64,000 bases of DNA from Bacteroidota bacterium. GTDB taxonomy: Bacteria; Bacteroidota; Bacteroidia; Chitinophagales; Chitinophagaceae. A model generated the notes under the pieces. It made no database searches and was not told the DNA's origin. It saw only the letters and a list, made by a program, of their open reading frames with translations. The position numbers and the translations under genes were made by a program. The DNA lies in the NCBI GenBank assembly GCA_052389635.1, contig JBQTHS010000095.1, positions 9 to 64,008 of the forward strand. Reading direction: 5' to 3'. Shown piece by piece: positions 18,855 to 28,497 of the stretch (the first letter of the stretch is position 1; every line of letters starts with the position of its first letter).

Positions 18855-18903
18855 CTTAACAGTTGATTTTCGCCAACGACCGTTTGTGGCTTCGGTTCCT
18901 TTA

Positions 18904-18945
18904 AGTCCACCAAGTTGGTAGAGTAATGTTTTAAACCTATTTTTG
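18904..18945 (+). promoter_or_regulatory. Candidate Rrf2 operator (18904-18924) next to the -7 box TATTTTTG (18938-18945)
   Basis: Imperfect palindrome AGTCCACCAA-G-TTGGTAGAGT covering the expected -33 position. Confidence 0.55.
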
Positions 18946-18964
18946 TCACTTTAAAACCATTATT

Positions 18965-19603
18965 ATGGCACTGCGTCTCGGGGATATTGCCCCCAATTTC
19001 AAAGCAATAACCACAGAAGGTGAAATAGACTTCTACGAATACCTGGGCAATGGCTGGGGAATTCTTTTTTCACATCCCGCAGACTACACACCGGTTTGTA
19101 CCACCGAGTTGGGCAAAACAGCCTTATTGAAAGAGGAATTCGCAAAAAGTAATACCAAAGTACTGGCCGTAAGTGTTGACCCGCTGGACAAACATATCGG
19201 CTGGCGCAATGACATCAATGAAACTCAGCACTGCACGGTAGATTTTCCCATCATTGCTGATGAAGGCCGGGAGGTTTCTCTTTTGTACGATATGATTCAC
19301 CCCAATGTATCGGAAACTGTAACAGTCCGTTCGCTGTTTATCGTCGGGCCGGATAGAAAAGTCAAACTGATGATCACTTACCCGCAAACCACCGGCCGTA
19401 ATTTTTATGAAGTACTGCGGGTGCTGGAATCATTGCAACTGACAGCAGGCTACAGTGTGGCCACCCCTGCCGACTGGAAGCATGGTGAAGATGTGATAGT
19501 GGCATTGTCAGTATCCACTGAAGATGCGCATAAAAAATTCCAGAAAGGGGTGAAAATTATAAAACCCTATTTACGCTATACTCCTCAGCCCAATGTTGAC
19601 TAA
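18965..19603 (+). CDS. 1-Cys peroxiredoxin (Prx6/LsfA-like)
   Basis: FSHPADYTPVCTTELG. Confidence 0.93.
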   Translation: MALRLGDIAPNFKAITTEGEIDFYEYLGNGWGILFSHPADYTPVCTTELGKTALLKEEFAKSNTKVLAVSVDPLDKHIGWRNDINETQHCTVDFPIIADEGREVSLLYDMIHPNVSETVTVRSLFIVGPDRKVKLMITYPQTTGRNFYEVLRVLESLQLTAGYSVATPADWKHGEDVIVALSVSTEDAHKKFQKGVKIIKPYLRYTPQPNVD

Positions 19604-20300
19604 GGAACTGAAAGAACAAATAGAGAACTCTTCGCTGAAAGACAGCCTGCGCCTCGTGGCAAACCTGTATCCGGGGCAGGTTGTTTTTTCGTCTTCGCTT
19701 GGGCAGGAAGACCAGGTGATAACGGACACGGTTTACAGAAACAATATTGGGGTAAAAATTTTCAGCATTGACACCGGCAGGCTGTTCAATGAAACATACG
19801 AACTGCTGGAAAGAACAAATGCACGGTATAGAGAAGCCATCCGGGTTTTCTTTCCTGAGCCGGCCGATGTGGAAGAGTTTGTGGTGGCAAAGGGTATCAA
19901 CAGTTTTTATGAATCAGTGGAAAACAGAAAGGAATGCTGCCATATCCGGAAGGTGAAACCTCTGAACCGGGCATTGGCCGGCGCCAGAGTCTGGATCACA
20001 GGTCTGCGGGCAGAGCAATCAGCTAACCGGAAGGAAATGTCTGTAATAGAGTGGGATGAAGCAAGACAGCTTTACAAGTTTAATCCGCTCATGAACTGGA
20101 GTTATGATGAGGTGCTTGATTATATAAAGGAATTTAATGTCCCATACAATCCTTTGCATGATAAAGGGTTTATCAGTATCGGCTGCGCACCCTGCACCCG
20201 GGCTGTTGAACCGGGCGAAGATGCAAGAGCCGGACGCTGGTGGTGGGAGACATCACCAAAAGAGTGCGGGTTACACATGGTAGCGGTAAAACAGGGATAA
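19593..20300 (+). CDS. cysH: APS/PAPS reductase; the Cys motifs indicate the 4Fe-4S APS-reductase type
   Basis: Motifs ECCHIRKV, SIGCAPCT and ECGLH. Confidence 0.93.
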   Translation: MLTKELKEQIENSSLKDSLRLVANLYPGQVVFSSSLGQEDQVITDTVYRNNIGVKIFSIDTGRLFNETYELLERTNARYREAIRVFFPEPADVEEFVVAKGINSFYESVENRKECCHIRKVKPLNRALAGARVWITGLRAEQSANRKEMSVIEWDEARQLYKFNPLMNWSYDEVLDYIKEFNVPYNPLHDKGFISIGCAPCTRAVEPGEDARAGRWWWETSPKECGLHMVAVKQG

Positions 20301-20317
20301 CTTTTTTTTAATTTATA

Positions 20318-20338
20318 AATCTATAAAATCAGTAGACT
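20318..20338. promoter_or_regulatory. Second candidate Rrf2 operator
   Basis: AATCTATAAAATCAGTAGACT matches the site at 18904 at 13 of 21 positions; it lies just upstream of cysD. Confidence 0.45.
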
Positions 20339-20350
20339 AATAACCTTCAC

Positions 20351-21259
20351 ATGAATAAGTATCAACTGGACTATCTGGAACAATTAGAGGCGGAGGGTAT
20401 TCATATTCTCAGGGAAGTAGCGGCCCAGTTTGAAAGGCCGGCTTTGCTTTTCAGTGGAGGCAAGGATTCTATTACACTGGTCCACCTGGCAAACAAAGCA
20501 TTTGCTCCGGGCCAAATCCCTTTTCCGTTAGTGCATATTGATACCGGCCATAATTTTCCCGAGGCGCTGGATTTCCGTGACCGGCTGGCAGGGCAAGCGG
20601 GTGCGAACCTGATTGTCAGAAAAGTGGAAGACAGCATCAAACAAAAAAACCTTACGGAACCGAAAGGAAAATTTCCCAGCCGCAACTGGTTGCAGACCTT
20701 TACGCTGCTGGATACCATTGAGGAATTTCAGTTTGACGCCTGCATCGGCGGCGCCAGAAGGGATGAAGAAAAGGCGAGAGCCAAGGAGAGGATTTTTTCA
20801 GTACGGAATGAATTTGGTCAGTGGGACCCCAAACTGCAAAGACCAGAGCTCTGGAATATTTTTAATGGCAGGATACACAAAGGAGAAAATGTGAGAGTGT
20901 TTCCCATCAGTAACTGGACAGAACTGGACATCTGGAGTTATATCCGCAGGGAAAAGATTGACCTGCCATCCATTTACTTCGCCCATGAAAGGCAGGTGAT
21001 AGAGCATGAGGGGCAGCTGGTAGCCATCAGTGAATTTGTTCAGCCTGATCCGCAAGATATTGTTCTTACAAAAAAAGTCCGTTACAGAACAGTGGGTGAT
21101 ATGACCTGCACCGCAGCCGTGGAGTCTGAAGCGGCCACACTGGATGAAGTGATCAATGAGATCATCTCGACAAGGATCAGTGAAAGAGGCGAAACAAGAA
21201 TAGATGATAAAGTAACGGAAGCAGCCATGGAGGACAGGAAAAAGAATGGCTATTTCTAA
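20351..21259 (+). CDS. cysD: Sulfate adenylyltransferase subunit 2
   Basis: Motifs LFSGGKDS, GGARRDEEKARAKER and RYRTVGD. Confidence 0.96.
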   Translation: MNKYQLDYLEQLEAEGIHILREVAAQFERPALLFSGGKDSITLVHLANKAFAPGQIPFPLVHIDTGHNFPEALDFRDRLAGQAGANLIVRKVEDSIKQKNLTEPKGKFPSRNWLQTFTLLDTIEEFQFDACIGGARRDEEKARAKERIFSVRNEFGQWDPKLQRPELWNIFNGRIHKGENVRVFPISNWTELDIWSYIRREKIDLPSIYFAHERQVIEHEGQLVAISEFVQPDPQDIVLTKKVRYRTVGDMTCTAAVESEAATLDEVINEIISTRISERGETRIDDKVTEAAMEDRKKNGYF

Positions 21260-21280
21260 TAATAGGTTTAAAACGACAAT

Positions 21281-22522
21281 ATGGATTTACTAAGATTTAT
21301 TACGGCCGGCAGTGTGGATGATGGCAAGAGCACCTTGATCGGCCGCCTGCTCTACGACAGCAAGAACATCCTCATCGATCAGCTGGAAGCGCTGGAAAGA
21401 TCAACCAAAAACAGGACAGATGGTTCAGTGGATCTGGCGTTGCTGACTGATGGCCTCCGTGCAGAAAGGGAGCAGGGTATTACGATTGATGTGGCTTACC
21501 GCTATTTTACTACCCCGAAACGGAAGTTCATTATTGCTGATGCTCCCGGACATGTGCAGTACACCCGGAACATGATAACCGGGGCTTCCAATGCTAATCT
21601 CATTATTATACTGATTGATGCCAGGCAGGGGGTGGTGGAGCAAACCCGCCGTCACTCTATTATCGCATCACTGCTGAAAATACCCCATGTGGTGGTGGCG
21701 GTGAACAAAATGGACCTGGTGGGCCACTCCCGTGACCGGTTTAATGACATTGTGATTGATTTCGCCGGAGTGGCAAAACAACTGGGCCTGGCAAACATTA
21801 CCTATATACCAGTCAGTGCACTGAATGGCGATAATATCGTAGATAAATCTTCCGCTATTGTTTGGTACGATGGAAAACCGCTGCTGCAATACCTGGAAGA
21901 AGTGGAAATAGAGCAGGACATCAATCTCACCGATGCCCGTTTCCAGGTGCAGGTTGTCATCCGGCCGCAAACGGAGGAACTGCATGATTACCGGGGTTAT
22001 GCAGGAAAAATAATCAGCGGTGTTTATAAAAAGGGAGATAAAGTGAAAGTATTGCCTGCCGGTATTGAAACGAGTATCAGCAAACTGGAAACCGGGGGAA
22101 GAGAGGTGGATGAAGTATTTGCACCACAGGCGGTAGTTATACAACTGCCGGACGATATTGATATCAGCCGGGGCGATGCCATTATTAAAGCAGGAGATAA
22201 TCCTTCAATAAGTAACGAGCTGGAAGTGTTGCTGTGCTGGCTGGATGATAAGCCACTGCTGCCCGGCAACAAATACCTGCTGCAGCACAACAGCAGGCTG
22301 GTAAGGGCTGTAGTAAAGAAAATTGAGTATAAACTGGATGTAAATACACTGCGGCAACAGCCAGCAGAGGGAAACATCAAACTAAATGAAGTAGTGAAAG
22401 CAGTGATTAAAACAGCAGCCCCGCTTGTTTATGATCCCTATCAGCAATTGCAGACAAACGGCAGCGCAGTATTGATTGATGAAACCAGTAATTCAACCGT
22501 GGCGGCGGTGTTGTTTGAATAA
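21281..22522 (+). CDS. cysN: Sulfate adenylyltransferase subunit 1, without an APS kinase domain
   Basis: Motifs GSVDDGKSTLIGRLL, REQGITID, DAPGH and NKMD. Confidence 0.96.
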   Translation: MDLLRFITAGSVDDGKSTLIGRLLYDSKNILIDQLEALERSTKNRTDGSVDLALLTDGLRAEREQGITIDVAYRYFTTPKRKFIIADAPGHVQYTRNMITGASNANLIIILIDARQGVVEQTRRHSIIASLLKIPHVVVAVNKMDLVGHSRDRFNDIVIDFAGVAKQLGLANITYIPVSALNGDNIVDKSSAIVWYDGKPLLQYLEEVEIEQDINLTDARFQVQVVIRPQTEELHDYRGYAGKIISGVYKKGDKVKVLPAGIETSISKLETGGREVDEVFAPQAVVIQLPDDIDISRGDAIIKAGDNPSISNELEVLLCWLDDKPLLPGNKYLLQHNSRLVRAVVKKIEYKLDVNTLRQQPAEGNIKLNEVVKAVIKTAAPLVYDPYQQLQTNGSAVLIDETSNSTVAAVLFE

Positions 22523-22524
22523 TA

Positions 22525-23517
22525 ATGCAGAACAGCGAAGCATACATAACAATTGATGAATCACCTGAGCAGGAGATTATTGAAGACGGGCTGCTGCCTG
22601 CCACCCGACCCGATCTGATATTATCAAAAGAGCAACGGACTGAAAACCGCTGGAAACAAACTGCTACCATATTGCTTATCATTTTCAGCCTGTTGCTTGC
22701 GGGTTTGTTTGTCTATACTTATGTCCCTTTTGGAGAGGCTTATACATCTGTTAAGAACTGGTATGGCCGCCTTGAAAGTAATTTTCACTGGATAGTATTG
22801 GCCGGGTTTCTTGCTCAATTAGTGGATGGCTCATTGGGTATGGGGTATGGTGTCACCAGCGCCACCGTTCTGTTATCCGCAGGCATCAGCCCGGCTGCTA
22901 TCAGCGGAAGCATTCATACGGCTGAAATTTTTTCCAGCGCTGCCTCAGGATACAGTCACTACAAGTTTGGTAATGTGAATATGAAATTGTTTAAGGCATT
23001 GGTGATACCGGGGGTGATTGGCGCAGCGCTTGGAGCCATTTTGCTTACCTGGCTTGGAAATGCTGATACGGTCTGGTTGCGGGCATTATTAGCCTGTTAT
23101 ACTCTGTTTCTCGGAATAAAATTCCTGCTCAATGCTTTTCGCAAACGGCAACGGCAAAAAAAATTCAAACATTACAGCGCCCTGGCAGGGGCAGGCGGAT
23201 TTTTAGATTCATTTGGAGGTGGTGGCTGGGGGCCGCTGGTAACCACCACGCTGATCAATAAGGGCCGCAGCCCCAAATATGTCATTGGCTCTGTAAGTCT
23301 TACCGAATTTTTTATCACACTGACAAGCGCCTTTACATTTTTTACATTGTTAGGTGTAAGTCACTGGCAGGTGATAGTGGCCCTGATGATTGGTGGCGTG
23401 GCAGCGGCGCCCATAGCAGCAAAGCTGGCAGGTAAAATGCCCCGGAAAACAGCTTTTATTTTGCTGGGCATACTGGTGATATTATGGAGTGTTAGAATAT
23501 TGTTGAAGTTGCTCTGA
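22525..23517 (+). CDS. TSUP (TauE/SafE) sulfite exporter-family transporter
   Basis: Motifs DGSLGMGYG, HYKFGNV and DSFGGGGWGP. Confidence 0.9.
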   Translation: MQNSEAYITIDESPEQEIIEDGLLPATRPDLILSKEQRTENRWKQTATILLIIFSLLLAGLFVYTYVPFGEAYTSVKNWYGRLESNFHWIVLAGFLAQLVDGSLGMGYGVTSATVLLSAGISPAAISGSIHTAEIFSSAASGYSHYKFGNVNMKLFKALVIPGVIGAALGAILLTWLGNADTVWLRALLACYTLFLGIKFLLNAFRKRQRQKKFKHYSALAGAGGFLDSFGGGGWGPLVTTTLINKGRSPKYVIGSVSLTEFFITLTSAFTFFTLLGVSHWQVIVALMIGGVAAAPIAAKLAGKMPRKTAFILLGILVILWSVRILLKLL

Positions 23518-23596
23518 GGTTTTTCTTTTGGCCAAACCCAGATCAGGCGACAAGTTTTATAACTAATGGCGGTGGAGAAACCAGGATTGTAACTTG

Positions 23597-24610
23597 TTAC
23601 CGCAGCCAGTTTTTAATTGAAGCAGAGATTTTTTCAGCTTCTACTATAAATCCATCATGACCATAGATGGAGTCAATTTCAATCAATATTGAGTGGGGAA
23701 TATGCTCAGCCATATATTCCTGTTCATGCAAAGGACAAAGTATATCGCTGCTGATACCCATGATTAATGTTTTCTGCTTAATCGTTTTTAAAACCGCTTC
23801 CACATTACTGCCCCTTCCCCTGCCGATATGATGACTGTCCATGCTTTTCGTAAGCATCCAGTAACAATATGCGTTAAAACGGTTCACCAGTTTATTGCCC
23901 TGGTAATTGATATAAGATGATGCAAGGAATCCATCAATCTTTTCTGAGTCGGAGTCGGTTTGTTTTTGCACCAGTATTCCATAATTGCGGTTCATAAGCA
24001 TACCAATGGCACGGGCTGCCTTCAATCCTTTTTGCCCGGCTCCTGCATTCATATCCTTCCATGTACTGTCGGCTTCAATGGCAAGACGTTGCGCTGTATG
24101 CACCGCAATACCCCATGCACTTTCTGTGGCCGATGTGCCAATCAAAAAAAGATTTTCTGTTCTTTCCGGTTCCATTACACACCATTCCAATGCCTGATAG
24201 CCGCCCATGCTGCCACCCATTAAAAGATGAATTTTTTTAATACCAAGTTTTTTGCACAGCAAAATATGGGCATTCACCATATCACGGATAGTGATTAAAG
24301 GGAAATCACTGAACCAGGGTTGCCGGGTTTTCGGGTTAATTGATGCGGGTCCCGTGCTGCCATAGCAGCTGCCGAGGATATTGGCACAAACAATAAAATA
24401 TTTATCAGGACAGATGAATCCTTTTTCACCCACCACACCCGGCCACCATCCGGTTGCATCGGAGTTTGCCGTCAATGCATGACAAACCCAGACGACATTA
24501 CTCCTGTCAGCATTTAAACTACCATAAGTGTGATAAGCAATGCTGATGCCCGGTAAGGCTTTACCGCATTCAAGAACGAATGTTCTTTCGTAATTGTAGG
24601 TTTGCATCAT
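23597..24610 (-). CDS. metX: Homoserine O-acyltransferase (MetX family)
   Basis: Motifs CHALTA, NILGSCYGSTG, GGSMGG and YGHDGF. The start was moved to ATG 24610 (24607 is also possible). Confidence 0.9.
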   Translation of the reverse strand: MMQTYNYERTFVLECGKALPGISIAYHTYGSLNADRSNVVWVCHALTANSDATGWWPGVVGEKGFICPDKYFIVCANILGSCYGSTGPASINPKTRQPWFSDFPLITIRDMVNAHILLCKKLGIKKIHLLMGGSMGGYQALEWCVMEPERTENLFLIGTSATESAWGIAVHTAQRLAIEADSTWKDMNAGAGQKGLKAARAIGMLMNRNYGILVQKQTDSDSEKIDGFLASSYINYQGNKLVNRFNAYCYWMLTKSMDSHHIGRGRGSNVEAVLKTIKQKTLIMGISSDILCPLHEQEYMAEHIPHSILIEIDSIYGHDGFIVEAEKISASIKNWLR

Positions 24611-24687
24611 AAATAAGAAACCGGAATGCAAAGTAAAGGCTTGCATCAGTTAGTTTTGTAAAAATCCGGTATGAAATAACAATTATT

Positions 24688-25857
24688 ATGGAACAAAAGC
24701 CGATAACAAAAGCCATCCGCATTCAGGCTGATATAACCAATGAAATGGAGCATTCGGTTCCGCTGTTTCTTACCAGCAGTTTCCGGTTCGGCAACGCTGA
24801 GCATATGCGGGCCGCTTTTGCGGATGAAACAGATGATAATATCTACAGCCGTTTCAGCAACCCGAATGTGAAAGAGTTTACAGATAAAATGGTGGCGCTG
24901 GAGGGAGCGGAAGCAGGTTATGCTACTGCTTCGGGTATGAGTGCGGTATTTGCATCTTTCATGACCAACCTTAAAAAAGGAGACCATTTATTGTCATGCA
25001 GCTCAATTTTTGGAAGCACACATACAATCATTACAAAGTATTTGCCTAAATGGGGAATTGAATACGGTTATGTAAATGTAAACAAACCCGAAGAATGGGA
25101 GAAAGCGATTAAGCCCAATACAAAGATGATTTACCTGGAAACGCCAACCAACCCGGGTTTGGATATTATTGATTTGGAGTTTGCGGGTAAGCTGGCAAAA
25201 AAACATAAACTGATACTGAATGTAGATAATTGTTTTGCCACACCGGTTTGCCAGCTGCCAATCAGGTTTGGCGCAGATTTAGTTGTGCACTCCGCCACCA
25301 AATGGCTGGATGGACAGGGACGAGTGTTGGGTGGTGTGATTGTTGGTAAGAAGGAACTGATACAGGATATTTATTTATTCTGCCGCAGCACCGGACCGGC
25401 ATTATCTCCATTTAATGCATGGCTCCTGAGTAAAAGCCTCGAGACACTTGATGTAAGAATGGAACGGCATGCTTCTAATGCAATGCATATTGCAAAAGCA
25501 TTGGAAGGGCATCATAAAATCACCTGGTTGAAATATCCGTTCCTAACCGGCCATCCGCAGCATGCCATAGCAAAAAAGCAGATGAAGAACGGGGGAGGCC
25601 TGGTTTGTTTTGAATTAAAAGGCGGATTGGAAAGCGGTAAAAAATTTCTGAACAGCCTGCAAATGCTTTCCATGACAGCTAATCTCGGTGATACAAGAAG
25701 TATCGCCTCACATCCTGCCAGTACCACACATGCAAAACTCACTGAGGCGGAAAGACAGGAAGTGAATATTACACCCGGGTTGATTCGTATCTCAGTTGGA
25801 CTGGAACATGCGGATGATATTTTTACAGATATTTTGCAGGCTTTGGATAAATGCTAG
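24688..25857 (+). CDS. metZ: O-succinylhomoserine sulfhydrylase-like trans-sulfuration enzyme
   Basis: Motifs IYSRFSNP, ASGMSA, ETPTNP, HSATKWLDGQG and NLGD. Confidence 0.85.
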   Translation: MEQKPITKAIRIQADITNEMEHSVPLFLTSSFRFGNAEHMRAAFADETDDNIYSRFSNPNVKEFTDKMVALEGAEAGYATASGMSAVFASFMTNLKKGDHLLSCSSIFGSTHTIITKYLPKWGIEYGYVNVNKPEEWEKAIKPNTKMIYLETPTNPGLDIIDLEFAGKLAKKHKLILNVDNCFATPVCQLPIRFGADLVVHSATKWLDGQGRVLGGVIVGKKELIQDIYLFCRSTGPALSPFNAWLLSKSLETLDVRMERHASNAMHIAKALEGHHKITWLKYPFLTGHPQHAIAKKQMKNGGGLVCFELKGGLESGKKFLNSLQMLSMTANLGDTRSIASHPASTTHAKLTEAERQEVNITPGLIRISVGLEHADDIFTDILQALDKC

Positions 25858-26573
25858 GACCTCCATTTTCTCAATTGCTGCAGCGTAGCTCTCATGTCTT
25901 TTGGCAGTTCTGCTTCCAGCCTTTGCCCTGCTCCATGTGTACCGGTGAATGACAGCTTTAAAGAGTGTAATGCAAGCCGGTTAAGAATCGGTTTTTCTTC
26001 TTCTGTATTTTTACCAAGATTAAATTTCTTTTTAAAAGAAGACAATAAAACGGGTTTGCCATCACCATACAATTCATCACAGGCCATCGGGTGGCCAATA
26101 TTTTTCATGTGCACCCGTATCTGGTGAGTGCGGCCGGTATGGAGCTGAAACTGCACCCATGAATAGATACCAAAGTCTTCAAGCACCTGGTAATCTGTCA
26201 GGGATTCTTTTCCTTTACGGTGGATGATCATGGCGCCGTTTCGGGCCGGGTGTTCGGCAACAGGAGCGTCAATGCTGTCTTTTTTATTCAGGGGGGAGCC
26301 AAGCGCCAGCCCAAGATAAATTTTCTCCGTTTCCCTGTTTTCAAACTGCAGGCACAGATGTTTATGCGCTGCTTCAGTCTTAGCAAAAATGATAAGACCG
26401 CTGGTCTCTCTGTCCAGGCGGTGAACGGTGAATATCTCCCTGTATTTTTCTTTCAATAGTGTTTTCAGGGATATTTCCCTGCCTTCCCTGTCAGGTATGG
26501 ACAACAGGCCAGATGGCTTGTTCAATGCAACCCAATCCCCGGTCTCTGCAATTATAAACGCTGAAACTCTCAT
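25854..26573 (-). CDS. RluA-family pseudouridine synthase
   Basis: Motifs NKPSG, HRLDRETSG and TGRTHQIRVH. Confidence 0.93.
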   Translation of the reverse strand: MRVSAFIIAETGDWVALNKPSGLLSIPDREGREISLKTLLKEKYREIFTVHRLDRETSGLIIFAKTEAAHKHLCLQFENRETEKIYLGLALGSPLNKKDSIDAPVAEHPARNGAMIIHRKGKESLTDYQVLEDFGIYSWVQFQLHTGRTHQIRVHMKNIGHPMACDELYGDGKPVLLSSFKKKFNLGKNTEEEKPILNRLALHSLKLSFTGTHGAGQRLEAELPKDMRATLQQLRKWRS

Positions 26574-26585
26574 CTGCCTGTATCA

Positions 26586-27521
26586 TTACTTGCCTTTTCC
26601 AAAATGCTTTAAGTCCCGCACCTCTTTTTCCGTCAGGAACCGCCACTTGCCCCTGTCCACATTTTTCTTTGTAAGACCGGCAAAAATCACCCTGTCCAGG
26701 TTTTTTACATCATAACCAAGCTGTTCAAATATGCGGCGGACGATCCTGTTGCGGCCACTGTGTATCTCCACACCGATCTGTGTTTTATCTTTTGCATCCG
26801 CATAAGCCAATACATCCACACTGGCGGGGCCATCTTCCAGTGTTACCCCTTTCAGTATCCTGTCAAAATCATTTTTCTCTAATGGTTTGTTCAGCGTAAC
26901 ATGATACACTTTCTTTACCTCATTGCTGGGGTGAGTAAGTTTTTGCGCCAGATCGCCATCATTGGTAAGCAGCAGCACACCGGAAGTGTTCCTGTCAAGC
27001 CGGCCAACGGGGTAAATTCTTTCGTTGGTTGCACGGCGAATAATATCCAGCACCGTTTTCCTTCCCTGCGGATCATCGGTGGTGGTGATGTAGTCTTTGG
27101 GTTTATTGAGCAAAACGTAAACAAGGTTTTTAGTCATGAAGATCTTTTTGCCGTTCACCCGGATATCATCTTTTGTTGATACTTTATGGCCTGGTTCCGT
27201 AACCAGTGCGCCGTTTACCTTCACCAACCCTTTTTTTACCATCTCAGCAGCTTCACGCCTTGCAGCCGCTCCTGAATGGGCGATGAATTTATTGAGCGGC
27301 ATGACAGCAGCTATTGCCGGCTTGCTGTGAGAAACCGGAACTGGTTGTAAACCAACTCCCGGCTCCCGGCTCCTGACTCCTGACTGACTTCGTTTCTTCT
27401 CAAAGTACTCTTCTCTTTCTTTTTTAAATTTCCTCTTTTCCTGTTTGAATTGTTCTTTAATGGCTGCATTGCTTTTCTTCGGGGCAAACTTGCTGAAATT
27501 GTTGGCTGGTTTCTTTTTCAT
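26586..27521 (-). CDS. S4-containing pseudouridine synthase (RluB/RluF/RsuA family)
   Basis: S4 domain LNKFIAHSG...RREA; motifs NKPKD and GRLDRNTSG. Confidence 0.92.
   Translation of the reverse strand: MKKKPANNFSKFAPKKSNAAIKEQFKQEKRKFKKEREEYFEKKRSQSGVRSREPGVGLQPVPVSHSKPAIAAVMPLNKFIAHSGAAARREAAEMVKKGLVKVNGALVTEPGHKVSTKDDIRVNGKKIFMTKNLVYVLLNKPKDYITTTDDPQGRKTVLDIIRRATNERIYPVGRLDRNTSGVLLLTNDGDLAQKLTHPSNEVKKVYHVTLNKPLEKNDFDRILKGVTLEDGPASVDVLAYADAKDKTQIGVEIHSGRNRIVRRIFEQLGYDVKNLDRVIFAGLTKKNVDRGKWRFLTEKEVRDLKHFGKGK
27355..27389. repeat. Heptamer array inside the pseudouridine synthase CDS
   Basis: ACTCCCG GCTCCCG GCTCCTG ACTCCTG ACTGACT, encoding SQSGVRSREPGV. Same unit type as 9174-9206. Confidence 0.75.
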
Positions 27522-27670
27522 GAGCAGTATTTGCTGTTTTACAACAGTAATGAGAGGCGAAGATACTACTACGCCCTGACTTCAGCAGGACTACGAAGTA
27601 CACAGCACAAAAAGAAAAACCCCTGTCCTTTTTAACCTGAGCAGGGGTCATTCTCTTAAAGAACGGATTA

Positions 27671-28330
27671 TTAAATAGCCGTTTCCTTCTTTTCTGTCTT
27701 TTTATGGTACATGCCGGGTTTATGTTTTCTTTCTTCTTTCATTTTTTCCAGTTGCTCTTTGGTAAGTATGGATTTCATTGCTTCTTTCTGCCCTTTCATT
27801 ATTTCTTTGATCTCTTCTCTTTTCTTTTCATCGGGCAGTGATTTGTTGTCACGGATGGCTTTTATTTTTTCACCTGTTTCCTTACGGCTTTTCTCCAGTT
27901 TGGCAGATTGGTCATCAGTGAGCCCAAGGCGGGTTTTCATTTCTTCACCTCTTTTCTTTATCATTCCTTCCTGCCGGGCTTTGCCTTCTGCTTTCATTTT
28001 CTCCAGCTGTCCTTTTTGCTCAGGGGTAAGAATGCCGTCCACAGTTGATTTATGACTTTTGCGAAGTGATTCCATCCGGCTCTTCCATTCTTTTACAGTG
28101 ATGTTTTCGTTTTTCTTCAGTTCTCCCAGTTCTTTCCGGAAGTTTTCTTTTTCCTTTTTGAACTGCTCCTTCTGTGCGTCAGTAAGGTTCAGCTGTTTCA
28201 TGTCCATGCCATGATGACGCTTGTGTCTTTCATGCATTCCGGGTCTGCCGGTTTTTCTTTCGGGTATCTCCTGGGCTTTCACCGCAAGTACAAGGGAGAA
28301 TGCCAGCGCTGCTGCAATTATCTTTTTCAT
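27671..28330 (-). CDS. Periplasmic Spy/CpxP-like helical protein with a duplicated LTxxQ module
   Basis: Signal peptide; LNLTDAQ...ILTPEQ followed by LGLTDDQ...ILTKEQ. Confidence 0.75.
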   Translation of the reverse strand: MKKIIAAALAFSLVLAVKAQEIPERKTGRPGMHERHKRHHGMDMKQLNLTDAQKEQFKKEKENFRKELGELKKNENITVKEWKSRMESLRKSHKSTVDGILTPEQKGQLEKMKAEGKARQEGMIKKRGEEMKTRLGLTDDQSAKLEKSRKETGEKIKAIRDNKSLPDEKKREEIKEIMKGQKEAMKSILTKEQLEKMKEERKHKPGMYHKKTEKKETAI

Positions 28331-28497
28331 GTTTTTTGAATTTTGTTTTGTTTGACGCCACCCGGTTTCAGAAACCTTCGCTGATGGCCGCCATGGCTTG
28401 TTAATAAAAAAGAACGCATTACAGACCCCCAGAGCCCCGGCAGGTTTAATGCAAGTAGGAAGTTCTTCGTAAACGGCCGGGAAAAGGGACCGCCGGC

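Noticed and set aside
24611-24687. SAM riboswitch for metX/metZ
   Set aside because: The divergent spacer is only about 77 bp and I see no SAM-I or SAM-II core.
28340-28450. ECF-sigma-like promoter motifs upstream of the Spy-like gene (also 30819-30850)
   Set aside because: The AAAC/GTAAC...CGTC-type matches are short and I cannot distinguish them from chance without comparative data.
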